DNA of 64,000 nt from Phycisphaerales bacterium. GTDB lineage: Bacteria; Planctomycetota; Phycisphaerae; Phycisphaerales; UBA1924. How positions within the stretch are numbered: position 1 is the stretch's first letter; the number at the start of each line of letters is the position of its first letter. Under the pieces are notes generated by a model. It searched no databases. It saw nothing but the letters and a program-made list of their open reading frames with translations, and was not told the origin of the DNA. A program made the translations under genes and the position numbers. The stretch covers positions 384,001-448,000 of the forward strand of contig OZ245777.1 in the NCBI GenBank assembly GCA_965227775.1. The letters run 5' to 3'. Below are positions 39,526-48,157 of this stretch, piece after piece.

Positions 39526-39921
39526 GTGGGTTCGCTGGCATTTGACATACTGCATTGGATGTCGAGCGTCACGCTGCTGTTGCTGGGGATCCTGATCTCG
39601 TACGAGAAGCTGCTCAAGGCTCGGATGGTCAGGCGATTGCCCCCGGGCACGGATGTCATCCCGCCGACGCCCTTGTTCGGCGGGCTCAGCCTCATCGGCG
39701 GCGTGCTGTTGTGGCCCGTCGACATCGGGTATTGGAGGTGGGTGGCCGTCGTGCTTGCGATCGTTGCCGATTGGTCGATCTGGCCGATCTTCTGGTGGCC
39801 CATCCTGATCCCGCTCGAAGTGCTTTACGACAAGTACGGCTGGATGCCGCCGAAGTGGACGCGGCTGCCGCGGTACGGCGACTGGCGGGCGCGGGCCCGC
39901 GATTGTCGGCGTGGACTTTGA
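39526..39921 (+). CDS. Small hypothetical membrane protein
   Basis: Three hydrophobic segments; start uncertain. Confidence 0.6.
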   Translation: MGSLAFDILHWMSSVTLLLLGILISYEKLLKARMVRRLPPGTDVIPPTPLFGGLSLIGGVLLWPVDIGYWRWVAVVLAIVADWSIWPIFWWPILIPLEVLYDKYGWMPPKWTRLPRYGDWRARARDCRRGL

Positions 39922-40038
39922 TGGCGAGGTTCGCAATGCCGATTGACGATGCCAAGATACACCCGCCCCGGCGAAGCCGTCTCCGCCGGGGCGTTGGGTG
40001 TGGGTCTCTCTCCTCGGATCTGGTGTGCGTGGGCGTGG

Positions 40039-40824
40039 TTAGCCCGCGTCGAAGGCGGTCTGGAAGGCCAGGAAGTCGAACACGGTGAGCGAGCCGTCGT
40101 CGTCGAAGTCGGCGATGAGCAGGTCACCGGCATCGAAGGCCGACTGGAAGGCGAGGAAGTCGAACAGGTCGAGCACGCCATCGCCGTTGATGTCGGCCGA
40201 CTTCGTGTCGGTCAGCACGCGGATAGACGCGCTGGCCGAGCCCTCGTTCTGCCGCGTGACGGTGCCGGCGAAAGCCCAGAGATAGGTGCCCCCACTGGCG
40301 AGGTCGAAGGCCTCACTGCCCGAGGTCGACACGAGGCCCGAGGCTTGCTCGAAGAGCGTGACGCCGGTGGTGGCGTCGAGCAGCACGACGAGAGCGACGC
40401 TCTCGGTGCCATCGATGTCGGTGAAGTCCCACTCGACGACGACAGTGGTGTCCTCGTCGACCGTGAAGCCCGTGTCGAGCGCGAGCACGGACTGGCCGTC
40501 GGGGGCGTCGGCCGAGAAGCTGCCCTGGGCGAAGTCGTCGCCGAACGACGCCTTGGCGAAGAGCTCGTCGCCGAGACGGACCTCTGCGGCCTTGCCGGGC
40601 GTGTCGCGGGTGAAGCTGGTGGAGGCGGCCCCGCCGGCCCCCTGGACGGTAAGCGAGCCGCTGATGTCATTGAACTCGAGCGTCTGGCCCAACGCCGGAC
40701 CGGCGGCCGCGACGGCGCCGATGACGATCAGCTTGGTGCGCTTGGCGGGCACGATCGATAGCGCGGCCCCGGCGATGCGGGCGGCGGTGGCGATCCGGTT
40801 CTGGTTCTTGGTGATGGTCTTCAT
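40039..40824 (-). CDS. Secreted protein with C-terminal dockerin-like (GC-type) anchor lacking both Cys
   Basis: SD AAGGAG; SADINGDGVLDLFDFLAFQSAFDAGD..ADFDDDGSLTVFDFLAFQTAFDAG-stop. Confidence 0.88.
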   Translation of the reverse strand: MKTITKNQNRIATAARIAGAALSIVPAKRTKLIVIGAVAAAGPALGQTLEFNDISGSLTVQGAGGAASTSFTRDTPGKAAEVRLGDELFAKASFGDDFAQGSFSADAPDGQSVLALDTGFTVDEDTTVVVEWDFTDIDGTESVALVVLLDATTGVTLFEQASGLVSTSGSEAFDLASGGTYLWAFAGTVTRQNEGSASASIRVLTDTKSADINGDGVLDLFDFLAFQSAFDAGDLLIADFDDDGSLTVFDFLAFQTAFDAG

Positions 40825-41284
40825 TTCGTCCTACTCCTTTGGCCTGCGTTTTCAGGCCATGCGATAGCTGTGGGCGCACATGCGCCCTTCTCCTTGGAAC
40901 ATCGCGCGCAACATTGCGCGCGGTGGGTCAGCCGTTGATGGTGTGGACTCGCCCGGGCGGGAAACGCTCGATCGCGCTCAGCATGCGTAAATACGCATTG
41001 GCGCGACCGAGGTCACCGGGGTTGGTGCTGCGAGCGAAGGAGATCGCGACATTCGTGTTCCGCGTCCGGGTCGCCTCCCTCCGAAGCGACCGAGCGTGAG
41101 CATGTTCGAATTGTGCGATGGTGGATCGCTTACGCGCAGGACCCGCCCGGGCGACGCATTCGTCGACAACAGGGCATGGGTTGGCGCATCCTGGCGATCA
41201 TGTGGCCCAACAATACCGCGCATTTCACCGAGATCAAGCCGGTCGGCGCAAGATCATCGCGGGTAACCGAAGCTTCACGATTCG

Positions 41285-41926
41285 TTACGCGTTGCCCGAA
41301 CGCGCGGCCCGCAGCTCTTCGAGCGTTGACTCATCGAGGCCCAGGTACTCGTACATGTGCTGGTCGTAAGCCTCGGCGTCCTTGTCCTGGCTGAGGTCGA
41401 GGCGGAGTTCGTTGATGACCTTGGTGCCCTGGCCGATCCAGGCGTCCCAGGTCTCCTTGCTGATGTTCTCGTAAATCCACTGGCCGATGGGGCCGCGGAA
41501 GGGCGGGCGGGGGAGCTGGTGGCCGCGCTTGCCGGTGCGCTGGCAGAGGAAGTCGCCCTCTTCGAGCTCTTCGGCGGTGGGCTTCTTCTCCTGCACCTCG
41601 GGCACGGGGGCGCCGAGCTTCTCGAGCATGCCCTTCATGGCGGTGGCGGGCATGCGATCGCCGCGCTCGGTGGCGCTCCTGTAGCCGGTGGTGAGCAACT
41701 CCGTGGCATCGTCGTTCTGGCCGGCCTCCATGAGCTGCTCGCCGGCGAGCTGGTAGGCCTTGCTCATGGCGGGGTTGAGCTCGATGCAGCGCATGTAGCT
41801 GGCGGCGGCGTCGGCGTGGCGGCCGGCCTGGGCGTAGGCGTTGGCCAGCGAGAAGTGGGCCATGTCGTTGTCGGGGTCCTCCCGAGACATGTTCTCGAAC
41901 TGGGCGATGCGGGTCTCAAGGTCCAT
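41285..41926 (-). CDS. TPR + YggX-like Fe(II)-trafficking / Fe-S protection domain fusion
   Basis: N-terminal TPR (HFSLANAYAQAG..AAASYMRCIELNP); C-terminal C..PPFRGPIGQWIYENISKETWDAW...VINELRL follows the YggX pattern. Confidence 0.85.
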   Translation of the reverse strand: MDLETRIAQFENMSREDPDNDMAHFSLANAYAQAGRHADAAASYMRCIELNPAMSKAYQLAGEQLMEAGQNDDATELLTTGYRSATERGDRMPATAMKGMLEKLGAPVPEVQEKKPTAEELEEGDFLCQRTGKRGHQLPRPPFRGPIGQWIYENISKETWDAWIGQGTKVINELRLDLSQDKDAEAYDQHMYEYLGLDESTLEELRAARSGNA

Positions 41927-42268
41927 GGCTGCTCCTGCGGTCGCGATTCGGTGAGACGCAGCATCGTATGGGCAGAGCGAGCGGGGCGCGTGCGCAGGAC
42001 GGCGGCGGCCGGGCACTCCCAAGCTCCCAGACCGCCGCCGGTTATAGGCGTTTTCGTGGCTGATCCCGGCGCTGCCGGGTGTCCGTACATGTTGCGTCGC
42101 GGGGCGGTGGAGACGATGAACGCCCGCTGAATCTCGGCTCATAATGACATTCACCGAACGCAACAGCGAAAACCCGCGGCGCGGAAGTGTCGTGGCGACA
42201 GGCTTTTGTGGTATGCTGTGCGGGTCTGGACGCCTCGCCAAGAAATTGACGCCAGAAGGAGATCGCCC

Positions 42269-44608
42269 GTGCTACCCAACCTCCGTTCGGCCCCCACTGC
42301 CCTGGCCGCCGCCGCGATGCTCGCCTGTGCGGGCTCGGCCCATGCCACGTGGTCCATCCTGCTGGTCGACACGCGGACGGGCGAGATCGCCCTGGGCAGC
42401 GCGACGTGCCTGACGGGCTTCGACCTGCGGGCCAACACGCCGGTGATCATCACGGGCGTTGGCGCGGCGACGGCGCAGAGCTTCGTCGATAGCTCGGGCC
42501 GCAACCGGGTCCGCATCCGCGATGGGCTGGCGCAGGGCTTGACGCCGGCGGAGATCTTCGATGACTTGTCGACGTTTGACCCCGGGCACCAGACACGCCA
42601 GTACGGCATCGTCGACGTCACCGGCGGCACGGGCACGTTCTCTGGCACCGGCGCCGGCGTATGGGCCGGCGGGCTGACCGGCGAGCTCACGGGCATGGAC
42701 GACGGCATCTTCTACGCCGTGCAGGGCAACCTGCTGACCGGGCCCGCGGTCGTGAGCGACGCGGTCGACGCGATCATCTCAACGCCGGGCGACCTTGCCG
42801 AGAAGCTGATGGCCGGCATGGAAGCGGCGCAGGCCATCGGCGGCGATGCGCGGTGCTCGTGCTCGCCGCTGCCGATCCCCTGCGGCACGCCGCCGGCCGG
42901 GTTCCTCAAGAGCGCCGACATCGGCTACATGATGATCGCGCGCACGGGCGACACCGACGCGTGCAATGGCATCTACCAGCTCACGACCTCAACGCGTGAT
43001 ATCGAGATCGCCGACGTGGACGGCGACGGTGCGGCAGACGCGGTGGTCGCAGACGGCGCCGGCAATCGCCTATCGACGCTGGCCAATGCCGGACCCGAAG
43101 TGCTTGGCGCGATGCCCGTGTTGCTGGACCCAACGATCGACACCCGCTTCGGGCGCGTGGCGGACTTCCTCATCATCGATGCGACCGGTGATGGCATTCT
43201 CGACATCGTGGCGTACGACGAAACAGCCGATGCGATTGCCATTGCCGCTGGTGATGGCGTGGGCGGATTCGCCGACCCCGTGCGTACGGGCATCGCGGTT
43301 GAGGCCGGCGCGTTGCTGGCGATCGACGTTGACGCCGACGGCGGGCCGACCGACCTGTTCGTCGGCGCCGAGAGCGGCGGCCGGGCCTTGCTCCTTCGCA
43401 ACGACGGCTCGGGTAGCTTCTCGATCGAGGAGTTTGCCTTTGCTGGTGGACCCCAGCAATGGGCCGTCGGAGATTTCAACGGCGACGACCTCGACGATGT
43501 GGCGTACACCACGAGCGGTGGGCTGGTTGCAGCCGTGCTCAACGACGGCGTCGGCTCGCTGGCTCTCGGACCAATCGGCGCCAGCGCGCTCGACGGCACG
43601 GTGCTGCAAGCCGCCGACATGGACGGCGACGGTGACGATGACCTTGTGGGTGTCAGTCGCTCGGGTCGGGTGGTCGGCGTCGTCTCGCTCGACGGCGGAA
43701 CGTTCACGCAGGCAACGGCCGACCTGCCGCGTTCGCCGAATTGGGCCGCGGTTGGCAGCGTGACGAGCCCGGATACGAACGAGGTGGTCGTGGGCGTGAG
43801 CGATCTGTCTGCAGATCTCTTGACGTATCGCCTGAACGGCGGATCGCTGGAGCTCGTCGACAGCACCGGCACGGCGCTCATCCCGCGGAACTTCGTGCTG
43901 GCCGACCTCACGGGCGACGGCTTCGACGAGCTCGTCGGGACCACGGGGAGCAACCTCAGCGTCATTGGAAATCAGGGTGGGACGTTCACGCCCGGCCCGG
44001 GCTGCGGCGCTGGCGAGTACTTCATGAACTTCAACATCGCCAACTCGAGCCGGAGCGATCCCGACCCGGTGTTCCAGCTTCGCGACTTGTTCGACGATTG
44101 GCGGAGCGACCTGGTTGGGCTGGCCGACGCCGTGCAGAGCGAGGCGGAGCTCGACCCGCCGCTGATCGCGGCGGGCGAGATGGCCACGCTGCGCATCGAG
44201 CTGCGCGACTGGCGGGGTGATGCCGCGAACATGAGCATGGTGGTGCCGCAGGTGATCATCGGCGGGCCACCCACGATCAGCCTCGGCACGCCCGTCCCGC
44301 TGGGCGGCGGCGTGTGGGAGGTCGACCTGACGGCATCATCGAGCAGCGCCGCGGGCATGGCCGACGTGTCGATCACGATCGCCGACGCGGGCACGCGGCC
44401 CGTGACGCTGATGCCACCGCCAACGCTCGAGGTCACCGGCGGCTGCTACGCCGACTTCGACGGCGACGGCGTGCTGACGATCTTCGACTTCCTCGCGTTC
44501 CAGAACGCGTTCCAAGACGCCGATCCGATCGCGGATTGCGACGGGTCGGGAGCGCTGGACATCTTTGACTTCTTGTGCTTCCAGAATGGGTTTGATGCTG
44601 GGTGTTGA
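42269..44608 (+). CDS. Secreted DUF1028 (Ntn-hydrolase-like) protein with FG-GAP propeller, Ig-like domain and GC-type dockerin
   Basis: AHA|TWSILLVD, RQYGIVD, AVQGNLLTG, GGDARC; seven DxDGDG-type blades; terminal CYADFDGDG...FDAGC; SD AAGGAG. Confidence 0.88.
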   Translation: MLPNLRSAPTALAAAAMLACAGSAHATWSILLVDTRTGEIALGSATCLTGFDLRANTPVIITGVGAATAQSFVDSSGRNRVRIRDGLAQGLTPAEIFDDLSTFDPGHQTRQYGIVDVTGGTGTFSGTGAGVWAGGLTGELTGMDDGIFYAVQGNLLTGPAVVSDAVDAIISTPGDLAEKLMAGMEAAQAIGGDARCSCSPLPIPCGTPPAGFLKSADIGYMMIARTGDTDACNGIYQLTTSTRDIEIADVDGDGAADAVVADGAGNRLSTLANAGPEVLGAMPVLLDPTIDTRFGRVADFLIIDATGDGILDIVAYDETADAIAIAAGDGVGGFADPVRTGIAVEAGALLAIDVDADGGPTDLFVGAESGGRALLLRNDGSGSFSIEEFAFAGGPQQWAVGDFNGDDLDDVAYTTSGGLVAAVLNDGVGSLALGPIGASALDGTVLQAADMDGDGDDDLVGVSRSGRVVGVVSLDGGTFTQATADLPRSPNWAAVGSVTSPDTNEVVVGVSDLSADLLTYRLNGGSLELVDSTGTALIPRNFVLADLTGDGFDELVGTTGSNLSVIGNQGGTFTPGPGCGAGEYFMNFNIANSSRSDPDPVFQLRDLFDDWRSDLVGLADAVQSEAELDPPLIAAGEMATLRIELRDWRGDAANMSMVVPQVIIGGPPTISLGTPVPLGGGVWEVDLTASSSSAAGMADVSITIADAGTRPVTLMPPPTLEVTGGCYADFDGDGVLTIFDFLAFQNAFQDADPIADCDGSGALDIFDFLCFQNGFDAGC

Positions 44609-44615
44609 CACGCGA

Positions 44616-45080
44616 CTAACTGGATTCGTCGTTCGCGTACCTGACCAACCCGCATAGCTCGGGGACGAAGCGTTCGAGAGCGGCTGGCTCGACCGTGAGC
44701 ACGGTCTTGCACTCCCACTCGTAGCCACCCATTGACACCGACAACTCAAAGGGCTCCAGGGCTCCGGGCATCGCCACACGCAGTTGAAGTTGCGAACAGC
44801 AACTGCTCCAGCTGCGTTCGCCACGTTGCTGGCGATACGAGTCCACCACGCCGAGCATGAAGTTGACCAGCGGCCCGAAGCCACCGGCTTCGCATCCCGG
44901 CTCATTGAGCTCGCTATCGAGAACAGCGAAGGACGCATCGGAGCCGTTGAACTCGAACCGCCAACGCAGCTCATCGTGCGCCGGCAATCGATCGATGATC
45001 TGGAACGTCAGTATGCCACGGCCGCATTCAAGTGACGCTTTATCGAACATCACATCACTCCGATGGGACCGAGCCTGCAT
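44616..45080 (-). CDS. Hypothetical protein
   Basis: ORF fills the gap downstream of the thiolase; no recognised motif; start uncertain. Confidence 0.5.
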   Translation of the reverse strand: MQARSHRSDVMFDKASLECGRGILTFQIIDRLPAHDELRWRFEFNGSDASFAVLDSELNEPGCEAGGFGPLVNFMLGVVDSYRQQRGERSWSSCCSQLQLRVAMPGALEPFELSVSMGGYEWECKTVLTVEPAALERFVPELCGLVRYANDESS

Positions 45081-45107
45081 CAGCCCCGCCCCATCAGGCC
45101 GAACTCC

Positions 45108-46307
45108 TCACACTGCCTCCACCACCATCGCCACGCTGTTGCCGCCGCCCAGGCACAGGCCGGCCAGGCCGCGCTTGGCGCCGGTGCGCTTCATCTGATA
45201 GAGCAGGGTGGTCAGCACGCGGGTGCCGCTGGCGCCGATGGGGTGGCCCAGCGCGATGCCGCCGCCGGCGACGTTCAGCTTGTCCTCGGGAATGCCGAGC
45301 TCCTTGATGTTGCACAGCACCTGGGCGGCGAAGGCCTCGTTGACCTCGAACAGATCGATGTCGTCGATGCCAAGGCCCGCCTTCTCGAGCACGCCCTGCA
45401 CGCCGGTGATCGGGGCGGCGAAGATGTCCTTGGGCGCTACACCACTCGTGGCATAGGCGATCACCTTGGCCATGGGCGCGATACCGAGTTCGTCGGCCTT
45501 GCTCCCGCTCATGACGATCGTGGCGGCGGCGCCGTCGTTGATCTGGCTCGCGTTGCCGGCGGTGACGGTGCCGGCCTTGTCGAACGCGGGGCGCAGCTTC
45601 GCGAGGCCCTCGGCGGTGCTGCCGGGGCGGATGCCCTCGTCGGTGCTGCAGCCGCCCTCGGGGCCGGGCACCTTGCGGTTGCCGACCTGCTCGCCCGTGA
45701 GCGCGACCATCTCGTCCTTGAACCAGCCCTCGCTCGTTGCCTTCTCGGCGCGCTGATGGCTCTGGGCGGCGAAGCGGTCCTGCTCCTCGCGGCTGATGCC
45801 ATACTTCTCGGCGATGTGGTCGGCGGCGTTGCCCATCATCCAGCGCTCGAAGGCGCAGGTCAGGCCGTCGTGGGCCATGACGTCGGTAAGGTTGGTGTTG
45901 CCGAACTTCACGCCCTGCCGCACATGGGCGAAGTGCGGCGCGCCGGTCATGTTCTCCATGCCGCCCGCGACGACGACGTCGTTGTCGCCCGCCTTGATCG
46001 ACTGGGCGGCCATCATGACGGCCTCGAGGCCCGAGCCGCAGACCTTGTTGATGGTCTTGGCGCTCAGCGTGTCGGGCAGGCCGGCCTTGAGACCAGCCTG
46101 ACGCGCCGGGTTCTGGCCCAGGCCTGCCTGCAGCACGCAGCCCATAACGCACTCGTCGACCATCTCGGGCTTGAGCGCGGGCACGTCCGCCATGGCGGCC
46201 TCGATCGCGTAGGCGCCAAGTTGCGGCGCGGGCGTGTTGGCCAGGCTGCCGAAGAACTTGCCGATGGGGGTGCGCTTGGCGGCGACGATCACGGGCTGGT
46301 TGGACAT
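45108..46307 (-). CDS. Acetyl-CoA C-acetyltransferase (thiolase)
   Basis: NKVCGSG, NEAF, GHPIGASG, CLGGG. Confidence 0.97.
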   Translation of the reverse strand: MSNQPVIVAAKRTPIGKFFGSLANTPAPQLGAYAIEAAMADVPALKPEMVDECVMGCVLQAGLGQNPARQAGLKAGLPDTLSAKTINKVCGSGLEAVMMAAQSIKAGDNDVVVAGGMENMTGAPHFAHVRQGVKFGNTNLTDVMAHDGLTCAFERWMMGNAADHIAEKYGISREEQDRFAAQSHQRAEKATSEGWFKDEMVALTGEQVGNRKVPGPEGGCSTDEGIRPGSTAEGLAKLRPAFDKAGTVTAGNASQINDGAAATIVMSGSKADELGIAPMAKVIAYATSGVAPKDIFAAPITGVQGVLEKAGLGIDDIDLFEVNEAFAAQVLCNIKELGIPEDKLNVAGGGIALGHPIGASGTRVLTTLLYQMKRTGAKRGLAGLCLGGGNSVAMVVEAV

Positions 46308-46524
46308 GTGCGGTGGTCTCCTAAATGGGCACGGGGGCCGCTAGGCCGGGGTGTCCGGGTGGGTTTCTCGGTGGCGAACGAGATTCTAGAAGCCACGAGA
46401 GATGGTGTCTGGAACACCTCAGGGAAGCGAGCATGCCAGCCACCGGCTCTCTCGTGTCACGCCGGCGGCTGGCTTGCTCGGATCTCAGGGGTGGTGTGGT
46501 CGGGCGGGGTCGTGGTCCTTCGTC

Positions 46525-47103
46525 TCACGCGGCGGGCTTCTTGACCTGCCGCTTGTCCTCGCGGCTCATCTTCTTCCACTCGCGATCGGCCTGCTCAACC
46601 AGATCGTCATGGTCGCCCTTCTGCCAGTCGGTGCGCGTGTTGGCGAACAGGCCGTCGTAGAACAGGAACAACCGGTCGTTCTTGACGATGAAATTCCTGG
46701 GGTCGGGCTCGGTCGTTCCGCCGCTGACCATGGCCCAGCTGCACCAGCCGCCGTGTGCCGGCTCGTAGCGACCGGGCGCCTTCTTGAACAATTCCAGGTT
46801 GGCCTGGCTCTTGAAGCGGTAGGTCACACCCTTGTAGGTGTGCTCGAATCGCTTGGAGCCCTTCTTGGCCTTGCCGCCGCCCTCGGGGAAGTAGGCGACC
46901 GGGTCGTAGCCGCTGATGGCCAGCTTGGTGCGCTTGGGCAGGTTCCAGGCCGAGGTGTTCCGAACGGGCTCGGCCTTCTTCGTTGGCTCGACGGCTTGCG
47001 TTGACTGCTGCGGGCTCGCGGCCCAGACGGGTGCGTTCATGGCGACGGTGGCGGCTGCCAGGGCGACCAACACGCGTGCTTGCTTCGTGACGTTGCGGTT
47101 CAT
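46525..47103 (-). CDS. Exported YHS-domain protein
   Basis: Signal peptide; AISGYDPVAYF, YRFKS..NLELFKKAPGRYEPAHGGWCSWAM. Confidence 0.9.
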   Translation of the reverse strand: MNRNVTKQARVLVALAAATVAMNAPVWAASPQQSTQAVEPTKKAEPVRNTSAWNLPKRTKLAISGYDPVAYFPEGGGKAKKGSKRFEHTYKGVTYRFKSQANLELFKKAPGRYEPAHGGWCSWAMVSGGTTEPDPRNFIVKNDRLFLFYDGLFANTRTDWQKGDHDDLVEQADREWKKMSREDKRQVKKPAA

Positions 47104-47176
47104 GACGGGCTCCTCTCGGTGTTCCTGCGTGCGGCGTGGGTGGTTTTCCAAGGGACCCTTGCCGTGCGCGCTTTGT

Positions 47177-47190
47177 TTAGTGTTCACTAA
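47177..47190. promoter_or_regulatory. AT-rich palindromic operator candidate
   Basis: TTAGTG-TT-CACTAA in a divergent intergenic region of a very GC-rich genome. Confidence 0.55.
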
Positions 47191-47262
47191 CAACGAGAGG
47201 GCAAAGCACCCCCGCCGTCGGCCTCTTCCCAAATCCAGAAAAAAAGTCCGCTAGACTCGCGG

Positions 47263-47994
47263 ATGAGGACCCTTGCCTGCCTGCTTCTTGCCGTTTCTCC
47301 CGCTTTTGCACAGTGCCCCGACTACCGCCTCGACGATGGCTCGGGCGGGTTCACGATCGGGCCCAGCGAGTTCGATGCCGTCGTCACCTGGGGGAACTAC
47401 TTCACTGCCGACTCGGGCTGCCCATGGCTTCGCGAGGTCAACGTGTCGTTCCCGGGCAGCTTGCCCGAGGGCACACCCATCACCGTCATCGTGTACGCGG
47501 ACCCCGATGGAGACGGCGATCCCACGAATGCCACCGTGCTCTCGGCTGCATCGCACGAATCAGAACCAACGAGCACGAGCACGTTCGCGACGTATCCAAT
47601 CCGCCCGACGAACGTCGGTGATGTTGGTTTCTTCGTGGCAATCGCCGCGTTCGTGCCGCAGCGGCAGTCCGTAGCGCGAATGGATCAGGACACGCTCGGC
47701 GTGGACTCGTGGCTGTTCTACGACGGCGAGTTGCTCATCGATCCGGGCGCGGCGCCGTTCATCCTCCGCATGAGCGACAGCCCGTTCAACGGCACGTGGA
47801 TGGTCCGAGCCGTCGCCGAAGCCGGAGGATGCGAGGTCGATCTCGATGGCGACGGGTTTGCGACAACCTTCGACTTCCTGGCCTTCCAGAACGCGTTCGC
47901 TGCGGGCGACTTGTTGGCGGACTTTGACGGCGATCTCCGGCTAACGCTCTTTGACTTTCTGGCGTTCCAATCGGCATTCGACTCCGGCTGCTGA
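47263..47994 (+). CDS. Secreted protein with GC-type dockerin anchor
   Basis: Signal peptide AFA|Q; CEVDLDGDG..FDFLAFQNAF...FDFLAFQSAFDSGC. Confidence 0.88.
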   Translation: MRTLACLLLAVSPAFAQCPDYRLDDGSGGFTIGPSEFDAVVTWGNYFTADSGCPWLREVNVSFPGSLPEGTPITVIVYADPDGDGDPTNATVLSAASHESEPTSTSTFATYPIRPTNVGDVGFFVAIAAFVPQRQSVARMDQDTLGVDSWLFYDGELLIDPGAAPFILRMSDSPFNGTWMVRAVAEAGGCEVDLDGDGFATTFDFLAFQNAFAAGDLLADFDGDLRLTLFDFLAFQSAFDSGC

Positions 47995-48078
47995 GCATTA
48001 TCGGACATCATTTGCAGTAAGTCTGCCGCTGGTAGCGTTTCCTCCGTGTGACCTGGTACGGCTGGCTGCGCTCTGGTC

Positions 48079-48107
48079 TTGAGCGCGACCAACCATTCGG
48101 GTATATT
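48079..48107 (+). promoter_or_regulatory. Sigma-70-like promoter
   Basis: TTGAGC-N17-TATATT upstream of the peroxidase gene. Confidence 0.55.
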
Positions 48108-48157
48108 GGAGTTCCCTCGCCCTGCGAGGGGCACCGAGAGACGAGAGGGACGCTGCG

